Assembly: GCA_963514005.1 (NCBI GenBank)
Contig: OY740799.1
Coordinates: forward strand, 12,834,001 to 12,898,000
Source of the DNA: Raja brachyura
Lineage: Eukaryota
Direction of reading: 5' to 3'
DNA length: 64,000 nt
Each line of letters begins with the position of its first letter. The first letter of the stretch is position 1. Position numbers and translations under genes: made by a program. Shown here in pieces: positions 1 through 11,500 of this stretch. The notes below the pieces were generated by a model. It ran no database searches. It had not been told where the DNA came from and was given only the letters and a program-made list of their open reading frames with translations.

Positions 1-300
1 GGGGTCCAAGAGGAGGGCATCCGTTGGAGACGGGAAAAGGGATCATCAATTGGGGGCGAGGACTTCTTCCCATGGAAGAACACTGTGAGGCGGAGGCGAA
101 GGTAGAAGAGCTCCAAATCGTGGTGGGCTCGGAACTCATTGAAGTGGGGATGGAGGGAGACAAAGGTGAGGCCTCTGCTGAGGACAGACCGTTCGGTATC
201 TGAGAGGAGGTCAGGGGGTAAAAACACGGCAGGGATGGGGGTTTAGGCCAGAGGAAGGCAGGTGAGTGGACTGAGGCCGAGGCGATGTGTGGTGGGGGGG
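1..300 (-). mobile_element. Penelope-like retroelement, N-terminal part of the ORF (degenerate; continues beyond window start)
   Basis: The minus strand reads ...DLLSDTERSVLSRGLTFVSLHPHFNEFRAHHDLELFYLRLRL...DDPFSRLQRMPSSWTP. This matches the LS..E.SVL.KGL.F motif that precedes Penelope RT domains. It abuts an oppositely oriented Penelope 3' end. Confidence 0.75.
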
Positions 301-304
301 TGGT

Positions 305-698
305 GGGTGGTCAGCAATAACCAACCTGATCTCCCGGTGGCTCAGCATTTCCATTCCGAATCCGACCTTTCTGTCCTGGGCCTCCTCCAAGCACCACTGG
401 AAATTGGAGGAGCAGCACCTCATATTTCGCTTGGGCACTTTATACCCCAGCGGCATGGACATTGACTTCTCCAAATTCCGGTAGCCCTTATAGTCTCCTC
501 CCCTTATCAGCGCTCCCTCCGCCCTCTGGCTCCTCCTCTTCCTTTCTTCTTCCCGCCCCCCCCCACCCGACATCAGTCTGAAGAAGGGTTTCGGCCCGAA
601 ACTTTGCCTTTGCTCCATAGATGCTGCCACACTCGCTGAGTTGCTCCAGCACTTTTGTCTACCTTCGATTTTCGAACATCTGCAGTTACTTCTTAAAC
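305..698 (+). mobile_element. Penelope-like element 3' end/pseudo-LTR (GIY-YIG C-terminus, 3' UTR, hammerhead core)
   Basis: KLEEQHLIFRLGTLYPSGMDIDFSKFR* is the typical C-terminus of the Penelope GIY-YIG domain. It is followed by a pyrimidine-rich UTR, CTGAAGAAGGGTTTCGGCCCGAAAC at 578-602, and the same tail found in the other short copies in this window. Confidence 0.8.
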
Positions 699-989
699 AT
701 TTTGGCTACATACAAAGTGTTTGCCATGTTACTTGTATTACAACAAAGCCACATGTTCGAATGACCTGAAAGGGCAATAGAAGTTACTAAATAATTTCTG
801 AAAGAATGCAAGGATTCTTTCAACATATTTTACCATCTGACAAATATCTTGTAACTATTTTCCCTGCAAAAAAAAACTCTTTAAGCTGCTATTTCATTTC
901 ATTATTTTATTCTTTTATTAATTGATTGAAATATAGAGAATGAAAAAGGGCCCTTCAACCCACCAAGTCAATGCCACTCATCGATCACC

Positions 990-1240
990 CATTCACACTA
1001 GTTCTACGTTATCGCACTTTTGAATCCATCCCCTAAACACTAGGGGCAAATTACAGTGGGCAGTTAATCTAGAAACCTCCAGGTCTTTGGAATATTGGAG
1101 GAAACCAGAGGGCCCAAGGAAACGCAAGCGATCATAACGAGAATTTGTAAACTCCACACAGACAGCACCCAAGGTCAGGATCGAACCCACGTCTCTGACA
1201 CTGTGAGGTAGCAGCTCTATCAGCTGTGCCACTGTGCAGC
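990..1240 (-). mobile_element. tRNA-derived V-SINE (HE1-like), degenerate
   Basis: The reverse complement matches the SINE head/core seen at 2701, 22760 and 45990 (B-box-like GGGTTCGATCC followed by GGGTGCTGTCTGTGTGGAGTTT). Confidence 0.75.
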
Positions 1241-1648
1241 CTGGAATACGGTTCCATGGGTGTGCTATTATAAAAAACAAATATTGACTTTTAGCTGTGT
1301 CTACCAAGTTTTAACAACTTTTGGAGGAAATGTGTGATAAGTGCATCCTGAGGTCCTCCGCTGCACAAATTTATATTTTGCATGTTACAGATATCTGATA
1401 GTGGTGAAAGCAGGTTTAGTTCATTAATTTAGTAGGGTATTACATGCTTGGGATTATTCTGTTGATGTTTCCAGTTTCTTCAATATAATTGATTTATAAG
1501 CTTTAAATGACTCAACTTCCTATTGTTACCATAGTTAATTTGCTTGCATATATAGTTAATTTAATTGCATATTGTATAAGATCCCCTGTCCTGTTCTATA
1601 GCATGAGATTATGATTTATAAATATGTAAATTAGTTTTTCTTTCACAG

Positions 1649-1770
1649 CTTGGACAAGAAAATGTTGGCTTGATTGAGGATTCCATTGAACCTGAAAATG
1701 TAGGGGTAGCTTCAGAGGAAAATATAGTGGTTGGAATCGTGAAAGATGCTCCTAGTTATAAAGAAAATAA
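1649..1770 (+). CDS. Internal coding exon of the uncharacterised + strand gene
   Basis: tttcacag| acceptor and aa|gtgagt donor; 122 nt open acidic frame (LGQENVG...SYKEN). Confidence 0.7.
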
Positions 1771-4113
1771 GTGAGTTGATCAAATTATTGTGTTCTGGTT
1801 GCCTACATCATGGAAGATGCAATCCATTTAATGCTTCCATTTTTCATTCCTCAGTTTAATCTACCATTTTGATTTTGGACATCAGAACTTCTATGAGACG
1901 AAGAAGGAATATAATGAAGCTTGCATTAGTAACCTCGCAGACTGGTGAGCTAGCTTGTTTTTAATGTAGTAGTACCCTTCAAAAGGACAGTGTGATCTTA
2001 AATTAGGAAGGCTGAAGACATTGTCTTAGCACGTAGCTATTAATTATGTCTACCTTCGCAAAATATGGTTAACTGTTTTTATTTCACCATTCTACTTAAT
2101 GCAGAACTGATCTTCATATCCCACATCCTTCCTCATAGTATTTCTGGCAGATCAGAAAGAATATATAAAATATTGACTATATACCTGTACTAATTCAGCC
2201 TAATTATGAAACTTTAATTCATTTTATACAACCTCCATACCCAATTATTGCAACTGCAATCTCTCCATCCCAATGAAGTTCAGGATATCCATAATTCAGC
2301 AGTCTTTATGCAAATCTGTACAGTGCTGGATATTCATCATAGAGGCACAGAAAACAGCAGATGCTGGAATCTTGCATAAAAAAAACAAATTGATGGATTC
2401 ATTTAGCTTGTGTGATAGCATCTCCACCCGTCTGAAGAAGGGTCCCAACATGAAACCTTGTCTATTAATTTCCCTCCACATACACTGCCTGACCCGCTGA
2501 GTTCCTCTAGCAGTTTGTTGGATATCTATCATCGTGGTTTGCCTGGTTGACTGATGTCACTGTTCAAAATTTTCACTGTCATATTGATATGATGTCAAAA
2601 TGCAAATTATGCATTTTTACATTATTGGAAAGTGTCATTTAAGATGGTAAAGATTTTGGTGAATGTGGTCATTTCTTCCAATTCCTTAATCCCTTAAAGA
2701 AGGGCAGATCAGTGACGCAGCGGTAGAGCTACTACCTTACAGTGCCAGGGACCCGGGTTCGATCCTGACTACGGGTGCTGTCTGTACCGAGTTTGTACGT
2801 TCTCTCTGTGACCTGCGTGGGTTTTCCCCGGGATCTTCTACTCTCTTTAACTCATCACAGGCAAAAAAGTTTTAGTCATAAGACTTAAAATTCTGTATTG
2901 ACTTCTCTAACCTGTTTCTCCTCTACCAACCTTCCTTTATCTTCCCACTTTGGCCAAGCTTTTAGCCATTCTTCCTAATATATCTCCTTTGTGGTTTAGT
3001 TAACCCTGCCAAGATTTGTTTTTAATCGTCATGAAAAATGCACCTGTAAGGACTTCAAAGTTGCATGTTTAGTTTCTATCATTAAATAACACATGCAACT
3101 TAACTCGTTTACCAATACAATAAAATCTAACTTTGAGTTGGAATTGAGGCTGGTTATGTCATCTTAGCCCCATCAAGTTGCAAATTACATGATAGACTTG
3201 GCATTAGCTAATCATTATTACATCAATTTTGATGGCATTTGACAGAGATGTGGTCCATCTTTATTGCACCAAAGTCTTCGGAATTGGGTTTAAGTGTATG
3301 ATTTTCTAATTTGTGTTAGAGACATTAATGAGAAATATGTTTTATATTAACAGCAGTGTTAACTATTTTTTATCTGCAATGTATTATTTTGCTAAAGTAA
3401 ATATTTTTATCCATTATGACCAGTTATTAAGTAAATAAAATCTAAGTTTCTTCTTAGTTTAACGGAGCAAATTGAAGCAATTTTTATTGCAGTTTGAAAC
3501 TTAATGTTTGCTTTGAGCACGTAATGAAGGATGGTAACTGTTTATATTATATACATGGGAGTTCCCTGATGGATAACTGGTGGAACCCTAGGAAATGGGA
3601 AACAAATCTAACATTGCCATTGACACAGTGCAGTCAAAGTGGTAATATGGAGGTTTTTGCCTCCATTCATTTTAATATATGTATATATATTGTAGATGGA
3701 TATAAATATTTAGTTACAGATGGCTGTCTAACTTTTTCAGGTCTAATGATGTCATTCGGCATTGTTGGAGAGAGCTGTTTGCGGTGGTAAGGATCCTGGT
3801 GAATGTGGTCACTTTGTTTTTGATTGAATTGGTGAATTTCTTAAGTCGATCGTTCATCGAAATCCTAGTGGTTGGACTCTTGACAGCAATTGGAGACCAT
3901 GTGCTGAAGCCACTGCTGGCGACTTTGTTCAACAGCCTGCTGCAACCCATCATGATATTCCAATTGAATATTTTCACTGGCATAAGAAACCTCTTGAACC
4001 CTTTAATCGACATCATCAGAAGACTGATTATGCAAATAGCTGCTTTGTTGCATGCCTTCCGGCTAGTGGAAGTGAATTTTAATCGTGCTCCGTTCACCCA
4101 TCAGGAAGTGTAA
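1649..4113 (+). CDS. Uncharacterised gene, last three coding exons (1649-1770, 1855-1944, 3741-4113); 5' exons outside the window or not recognised
   Basis: Canonical AG/GT sites with compatible phases (0/2, 2/2, 2/stop) give LGQENVGLIEDSIEPEN...NLIYHFDFGHQNFYETKKEYNEACISNLADWSNDVIRHCWRELFAVVRILVNVVTLFLIELVNF...GDHVLKPLLATLFNSLLQPIMIF...AFRLVEVNFNRAPFTHQEV*. Confidence 0.8.
1855..1944 (+). CDS. Internal coding exon of the uncharacterised + strand gene
   Basis: ttcctcag| acceptor after an 84-bp intron and tg|gtgagc donor; 90 nt; keeps frame (LIYHFDFGHQNFYETKKEYNEACISNLADW). Confidence 0.75.
2340..2520. mobile_element. Short Penelope-derived fold-back element with degenerate hammerhead core
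   Basis: AACAGCAGATGCTGGAAT arm, TCTGAAGAAGGGTCCCAACATGAAAC at 2431-2456, then a CTGCCTGACCCGCTGAGTTCC arm. Confidence 0.65.
2701..2835 (+). mobile_element. tRNA-derived V-SINE 5' part
   Basis: A-box-like GTGACGCAGCGG, B-box GGTTCGATCC and V-domain-like GAGTTTGTACGTTCTC...TGCGTGGGTTTTCC. Confidence 0.8.
3741..4113 (+). CDS. Terminal coding exon of the uncharacterised + strand gene (long hydrophobic/amphipathic helical domain)
   Basis: ttttcag| acceptor; 373 nt open to TAA; includes track ORF 3784-4113. Confidence 0.85.
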
Positions 4114-7004
4114 CTAATCGAGTTGCTATTCTAGGATGAGTACGTAAATTCTTATAAATGCGGGTGAAATTTGGTTGTAAGCGAGAATTGCTAAGCTGGA
4201 TTTTTCAGTGACAAGCAATTATTTCTACCGAACTGATCAGTTAATTTAAAGACAGTTTTTATTCAAAGCCAGTGATACCTGTAATATATTCTAGTAAATT
4301 GGATCTTCACATTTTAATTGAATACCCCTTCTCCCACATCTATTGTTATCAGGAGCTTGAATAGTGCTTGTGCTCAATTCTCTTGTTTGGACATTGCTTA
4401 TTGCTTGTACCCCGACCTACTTTCCAGGAATTTTTGTCATACACTATCTTCCATGTGGTTTATTATGTTTTTTCGCATATTTTGTCATCCAGAACTTGCT
4501 ATGTCGATGCATTTATGTTGCATCTGTGATCATTTGCTCTTCTAAACAAGGATTGGTCGGTATTCTGCCTTACATGGTTCCCATTTCTCAGGATATGGTA
4601 GCCATTTGTACTAATATGTGAAATCAAGATAGACAGCTTTGTGGTGGATTCTAAGATAAATCCACCATTCCATTTATTGAACCATTAAGAATGAGAAGAT
4701 CAGTGTTGAGTTATCTACTCTCCGCGAGAATGCTGGCAGTTTATCTCATCAAACAGTTTATGGGTTCTCATTTTTGATTGCCATCCAGTAGGAAGTGTGT
4801 GTGTGTGTATGTGTGTCTACACTTTTCCTGAAGTTTCTTTTCTCTATCCATTAACATATTTGAATCTATGCACTCCTCCATTTCTGTACTCTTGAATGAT
4901 TTTAATATTCTACATTTGGTAGCAATGCCTTCATCTTTCTAGGCCCTAGTTCTCTGAAACTTTCCATTTATCTACAGTTGTTTCTCCTTTTTGTTGTTTC
5001 TCATAGGCTACATTTTATGACAATCTATTGGTCATCTGTCCTATAATCTAAGTGGCTCCAGGTCTAATGTTGTTAGATAATGCTGCTACGCAGTGGCTTG
5101 AAAATATTCCAATCTTAACGGTACTATGTAAATTCTAAGTTTTCCTGTTCTTTAATCATCCAAGTATTTTTATGTAAGTAACATTTGGACAGCTCTTGCT
5201 TTCTAACTTTTCTTGTAGCACTACCACCTGATTTTGGGTTCATACTGTGCCTGAGACTGTAATGTTTGCTTAGATACAAGGGTTGGGCTTAGCTGGTTAC
5301 ACCTTAAAAATTTAACATACTTCTGAGGAATGTCATAAATGCTACAGAAATGCAAGTAATTTTTATTTTGCATTAGGAATTTAACAATTGCTGATATGAC
5401 TTGCGCGAGGGCCACAGAAAGATCTTTTCCAACTGTGATCCAATCTGAAATATGTACTGCTACAGAGACTTTATAATGGTAATCTTCCTTCCAATATTCT
5501 AGTATCATAGTTGGATGAAAATTATGACTTTGGATCGGTATTTTTTTTGTGACAGTACAACGTAAAGGTGTTGCTTCTGTCTTAAGAAAAACTGTGGAAT
5601 AGTTATCTTTTAAATGATAATTATATCAGAGCAACATTTAAGTCTTGTTTCCTTGGTCATTAGATTGTAATATGATGTAAGTCTCTAAGTTATTTAAAAT
5701 TTGTAAAATTTTAAAGGATTTATTTAACAATTACTGCAAAGAGAGTTGAACTCCCGTTCAGTTTAATAGCAGGGCAGAGGTTTCCTATTCACGAATAGGG
5801 AGCAGAATAACAAGTTGTGGAGGACTAGATTCCCATTTATTGGAACAATAGAGTCTGAGGCTCCCTTTCAATTAGTTAGCAATCCCAGTTGCAGAGTTGT
5901 TCAAATGATTGGCCTATCCTTTAGGGATCAATAGAACACTGGATGTTCATTTATGGTGTGAGTAGTTCCAGTAGTAGAGCACTTCAGAGGATTGGTGGAA
6001 ACAGCATTATATATCCCAAAAGCGGGATTGGAAGAGCATTAAACTCCCTTTCAAGGATCACCGGGCAACCACTTGGGCAACAAACTATTCTCAATGAATG
6101 GAATTCTCATGTACAGTACTTTACTAAAGCTGCCAGGTGAAATATCTCGAGGAACACTACAAATGGATGTGGGGTGGTAAATGAATATTACTGAGGATCG
6201 TCCCATCAAATTATTCTTCTTGTTGTGGAACGTTCTCTCAACAGAGCAAGAAATAACAGATTAAAGTAATATCCTTTACCAGCTAGAAGAGATTATAAAA
6301 CTAAATTCAGGTTAGAAGGACTGTATTCACATTTACCCTGATCAAACACAAATGTAGTTGAACCCATTGCTTACGCATAGCGTGTTGTGCTTCTGTTAAA
6401 AAGGAAAGATGAATGTCAACAGAATTTCAACCTCTTTTATCAAAGACAAGAATGCATTGAGCAATTTTTTTATAAATATTGCCTAATACAACTCTCAGCC
6501 TTGAATATTTGTGGGAAATTATTCCAAATTGTGTCAAGATATTCTTAATGTGCTCTATAGAAATGGGTTAGTTATACCTATGCGCATCAGCCCAAATGTT
6601 GTAAAATGTCCTTTAGTCATTTATTTCAGAATTGTAAGTATATATTCCTTATGTAATATGCACAATTTTATTCTCGTCTTTTCCCACCAAACCCAACACA
6701 AGCTTGTGAATCAATAATTAGTTTTAATCTGAAGGCTAAATGTATTGATTTAAAAAAAGCAAAATAAATGGAAATCCTAAGTGTTATCAGACATCAAAGT
6801 GTTTGTTTCTTGTTTAATCAGCATGAAGTCATTTCTACAATGCTCTCTATATATAAAGTAGCTGATTCAGCGTCACTCTGAATGTTGTCTAATGAAGAAC
6901 AAGGTTTTAGAGTTCTTGCTTCCTCATTGTAGGCTGGTTAAAATAGAAAAACATATCGGGAGTATTCTCTGCTGGAGTTGCAGAAGTGCTTTCTCTTGCA
7001 GCAT

Positions 7005-8537
7005 CTATTGAGTAATCCATGACTGCTGGACTACTGAACTACGTCTGGCTGCTTTGACTGCTGGCTCTCGAGCTTTTGCATTAATTTCCTCTGCTGATGA
7101 CTGAATGCTGGCTATTACTGACATTTCGGCAGCTATGCTTCCTGCAGGCTCGTCATTGTGAGCCATTACAGAAATGTCCTCTTTTCTTTCTGATGCTGAG
7201 CTGTCTTTGGCTTTCATTTGATCCTCAACAAGTACTCTTTCCTCTGCACCCATCATGGTCAATCCTCCTGTTGCTGTATCCTCTGCAATCACTTGTCTTG
7301 ATGACTGGCCCTCAATAACCTGTCCTTCTGTTAGTTTGTTTTTGGCCACATCGACAGTCAGGCAATCTGTAGCCACCTCTGGTAATGAACATTTTGTGGC
7401 TGTGGCTACTGGATCTTCTGTAGTAACATTTGCAGTTTCATTGGATGTTTTTCTTACTACTGTGCCTTCCATTCCACCCTCTTGGATCTCTATGGTCACT
7501 CCTGTTGTTGGACACTGAAATATTACTCCTTCTATCACCATGGCTGCAGGATTCTCAACTGCTATTTCACCTGCCAGTGGCTTCTCTGTAATTGTTATAC
7601 GTTCCATTGTTTCTGGACAATTTGTTTCCAGCAGATAGTCTGTTGACATTACTTCCTCTGGGTGCTGTATTGCTAATGGATGCTCCGCTGACACTACATA
7701 ATGTTCCACTGAGTTCTCTGATATTGGATGCTGAACCACCAATGGATTCCCCAGTTGTACATCGGCTGCTGGTTGCCTTGCGATTAATGGCTGCACTATG
7801 GCTGGTGGATAATCTGTGCCTATTACATGAACTGTGATTACATTTTGTACCTTTTGATCCACTACCTTTTGATCCATTGAACCTGCTGTTTCTGAGCATA
7901 TTATGTGTGCTTGTCCTTCTGGTGTGGTCACTAGGTTTTCTTGTTCTGGTGGGGACATTAATTTTTTCTGCTTTTCAGTTATTTGGTTCTCTTGTCCTTC
8001 TGCTGTACAGGTTACATGGTCTAATTCTCCAGCTGAATTCTCGTCTTGTATTGAACATTCAATTTCTCCTAGCATAGTCTGCAAATGTCCTGCTGCTTCA
8101 AAAGCAGTTTCCTTTATGAATTCAGAAACATCTGCTTTATTTTCATGTTGTGTCCCCTTCTCCATGTTGTCCTTTCCCGACTCCTTCTCTCCTCTGGTGG
8201 ATGATTGCAGATCAATTCCTAATGAGAAATCCCCAATTACTCTGTGCTGTTCATTCTTAAATTCCGAACATTGATGTTTTATATTGGTATGACTTTCTTT
8301 AGCCAAATTACTTTTGATGCACATAGACATGCAGTCAGCAGTTTGCACTTGTTTTCCATTAGTGAATACAGATTTGATCACACTGTCTGGTTCTTGTGCA
8401 GCATCAAGTAGTGGGTTTGGGACTCTCCACAGATTATTTGTGGCACATTCATTATTTGATTCCTCTTTGCCAATACTGTATATTTCTTCTGTGTAGGCCA
8501 GATTACTGTAAGATGATATGGTCTTGTTGGTGTTATT
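7005..8537 (-). CDS. CDHR5-like: CDHR5-like terminal exon: 510-aa acidic, low-complexity cytoplasmic tail
   Basis: Longest ORF in the window (7005-8624). Polypyrimidine tract plus ttcag| acceptor in phase 0, matching the upstream micro-exon. Ends ...SSVVQQSWITQ*. Confidence 0.8.
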   Translation of the reverse strand, partial: NNTNKTISSYSNLAYTEEIYSIGKEESNNECATNNLWRVPNPLLDAAQEPDSVIKSVFTNGKQVQTADCMSMCIKSNLAKESHTNIKHQCSEFKNEQHRVIGDFSLGIDLQSSTRGEKESGKDNMEKGTQHENKADVSEFIKETAFEAAGHLQTMLGEIECSIQDENSAGELDHVTCTAEGQENQITEKQKKLMSPPEQENLVTTPEGQAHIICSETAGSMDQKVVDQKVQNVITVHVIGTDYPPAIVQPLIARQPAADVQLGNPLVVQHPISENSVEHYVVSAEHPLAIQHPEEVMSTDYLLETNCPETMERITITEKPLAGEIAVENPAAMVIEGVIFQCPTTGVTIEIQEGGMEGTVVRKTSNETANVTTEDPVATATKCSLPEVATDCLTVDVAKNKLTEGQVIEGQSSRQVIAEDTATGGLTMMGAEERVLVEDQMKAKDSSASERKEDISVMAHNDEPAGSIAAEMSVIASIQSSAEEINAKAREPAVKAARRSSVVQQSWITQ

Positions 8538-11500
8538 CTGAATTGCAGAAAGAAAACAAAGGAGAAAATGCTGGTAAAGTAAGTTAAGTGAGAATATTTT
8601 ATTTCTTTTTCCTGCCAATTGCAATTTTTAAAATAGTCTTATCTTGGAAATTGATAGGTATATGAATCACTGTTATGTCCAAGTTAGATTCACAATGTCC
8701 TTGAGCTCCATTATGTAAAAATTACCTTGATCATACACAGCACAGGCTCAACATTCTATGAATGCTTCCTCAACATTCAACCATTATGGAATGAGTTAGT
8801 TGCAGATTAACGCTTTCTGTATAGAGCTCCACGAATATGAAAGCATCAAGTGAAATAAAGTTATGGAATCTCACAAACAGAGAGAATAGATCAAGAAATC
8901 TATTGAAAAATTAATCATCTGGAGATTTGAAACATTGTAGAATCCTTATGGGAAAAGCAATCATCATACATAAATACAAAAGACAGTGTAGAGAGCAGGA
9001 TTACTGTATCAAATAGAGATTTCCCATTTGGTATTTTTTTCACCACAGAAGAGCATTTTGCCGCAGCAGATCAACCCTAATAAAATACACAATGCTCAGA
9101 TATTTTTTCTCTGCAAGAGCCTCTGCAAGAGCCTCACCAATCTCATTGGTGATTCTGTTATCCTCAATTTATTTCCCCTAAAGCATTCATTCTATTGATG
9201 AGGATGAGGCCTTCTCTTATTTTTGATTCACTTTGGTTCACAATTTTGTTGCAGATGATAATTTCAAAACCAATACACCATAAATTAATTTGATTCTGAC
9301 ATGTTCTGTTGCATCCTTTGATTAAATGAGGATTAGAACCTTTGCAGTCCATTCGAGACAGCAACCATGATAATGGACAACCTCCAAGCCCACACAGAGC
9401 CCCACTAGATTTGGTGAATTATACATAGATATCTGATGTACTACAGCCCCTAAATAATCAGTCACTAATAATTGTCACACTCTGGAAGAATAGAGAATAA
9501 ATACACACTCACCATCTGGAACCACTTTAAGCTCTGAGGACACCGAGTTGTGAACAAAAAAGAAAATGAGCCAAAACACAGAGAGAGAGAAAGTAAGTCA
9601 TATTTTCCAATTGGAGGAACTGTTGCACTTTAAGTAATTCTTTGACAAAGGATTGTTTGATCATGCACAAATATTGAATTTGGTTCTCACTAAGCGTTGC
9701 GTCTCCAAATAGCACACTGTTCATTGGCAATTCATAGTTAATGGCAGAGGTAGCATAAATCACAAACAAATTATTTTCCAGTCTGGGATGATTACATAAA
9801 AAACAATTGCATTTTCCTACCATGGTTTGAAGAACCTCAACTATCCTGAATTATTGTTTCACCTGAACCTTAGTTAACTTAATCATTGATACTTAAGAGC
9901 TTCTAGTTATTTTCTGGATTCAATGGTAACCATTTTTCTTAGTTAACAGATTGCAACTATGTAGCTATGAAATTTATGTCTCGTGAAATATGGTAATTGA
10001 TAACTGCTTACTCTTTGATATATGTGGAATGATCCATGGCTGTAGACCATTCTCCCTGGACTCTGGTTACTTTTTTAATACCTAATTTCCTACTAAATTA
10101 TATATCAATATTCATTCTCTGGCAGGTGAGAATTTTAAATAAGTAAAACTACAGTAATGTTCACGGAAATATATATTCATGCTTGGCAATGATACGAACG
10201 CGATGGCATTGTTGACTGAAAAGGTTGCAAAGCTGCTTTAGTGAAATTAATCAGATTATGTGAATGGATAAACTCAAGGTAGAGGAATAGACCGAGTCTA
10301 TCGTGTGTTGTTATTTGTTTTTATTCCTATGGCTGTATGGTGACCACACATTTCACTGTACCAATTGGTACATGTGACAAATAAATGTATCTTGTATCTT
10401 GTATATAATGTGGACAAGATGATGCTAAGTGAAAACTAGATCCAAATGATTTGATGTCCTTGGAGGTAATGAATTGTTGTAAAGAATTGATTTATTAAAT
10501 TAATATGGGCTAGATTGGAGTCAGATTCCACAAATCAAATGGCAATCATTCAGGAAACATATAGTGTACTACATAGAATCAGATCATTTAGCTCTACAGT
10601 TTTGTTTGAGTCTCTATGTTCAACTTAAAATTTCCCAATTCCTCTTTCCTTTCAGCTTATGCATGTTTCCCTTAAATGCATGTATACTACTTGCCTTCAC
10701 TATTTTGTCATATTCTTTTTTTTAGTGAATTTGAAAGAATATATCTTTAGAGGTTGTTTCCCCATTTGGAGAGTATAGAACTGCAGCTTGCACTCCCTGG
10801 AGTCAGCCACTTGGATAAAGATATTTTTCTCATTCACAGGAATTCTAAATGCTGCAGAATTGCAGCCATTAAATAATATTCAAGATGTAGATTGATCGTT
10901 TTTGTGGGGCTTAAGTGAATTAGGACATAATGGGGTATCTAGTCCACAAATATCTTCACCAGAAGGAATGTAACATTTTTTTAGGATCCTCGCTACTACA
11001 GTATCTCAAAGCAAAGCCTTGACAATGATGCTCGTATCCAAAAAAATAATTATTTAAAAAGTTGAGATGACTGTGGAAGTTCAGTTATGACCTTATTAAA
11101 ACTCAGGGTGTTGTATACTATAGTCCTGTTAAAAATAAAATACAAATAATAGTCCTATTTAAAAATAATTACGCTCTGTTAATTTTGATACTGCAATGGC
11201 TAGTTCTCTTTTGAACATTCTCTTATTTCTCCAAAAGGTCCATTACATTCAGCCTCATTGTGTTGAAACCAAGGCTCATTATGTAATCTCCAACTCAAGT
11301 GCAAACTTTGCTTGAACTGAGGAATTATTGATCTCCCTTAATTGTCCCACCATCCTATATTTTCAGACATTCATGTGTCGGCACCATTTAATAGAATATT
11401 TAATCTAGATATCTTACCACATTGGTGTTTTGGTCAATGGCAATTGTGCCCCTATGTCTGCGATGCCTGTGCCATTCTCTTCCATTATGTATGAGTAGAA

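Noticed and set aside
2701-2775. tRNA genes here and at 22760, 45990 and 54500
   Set aside because: The A/B-box heads continue into a shared SINE core and LINE-like tail, so they are SINEs rather than tRNAs.
8538-8624. N-terminal 29 aa of the 539-aa track ORF as a standalone gene start
   Set aside because: It starts at a non-ATG codon and is a polypyrimidine acceptor tract; the ORF is better explained as the terminal exon of the cadherin.
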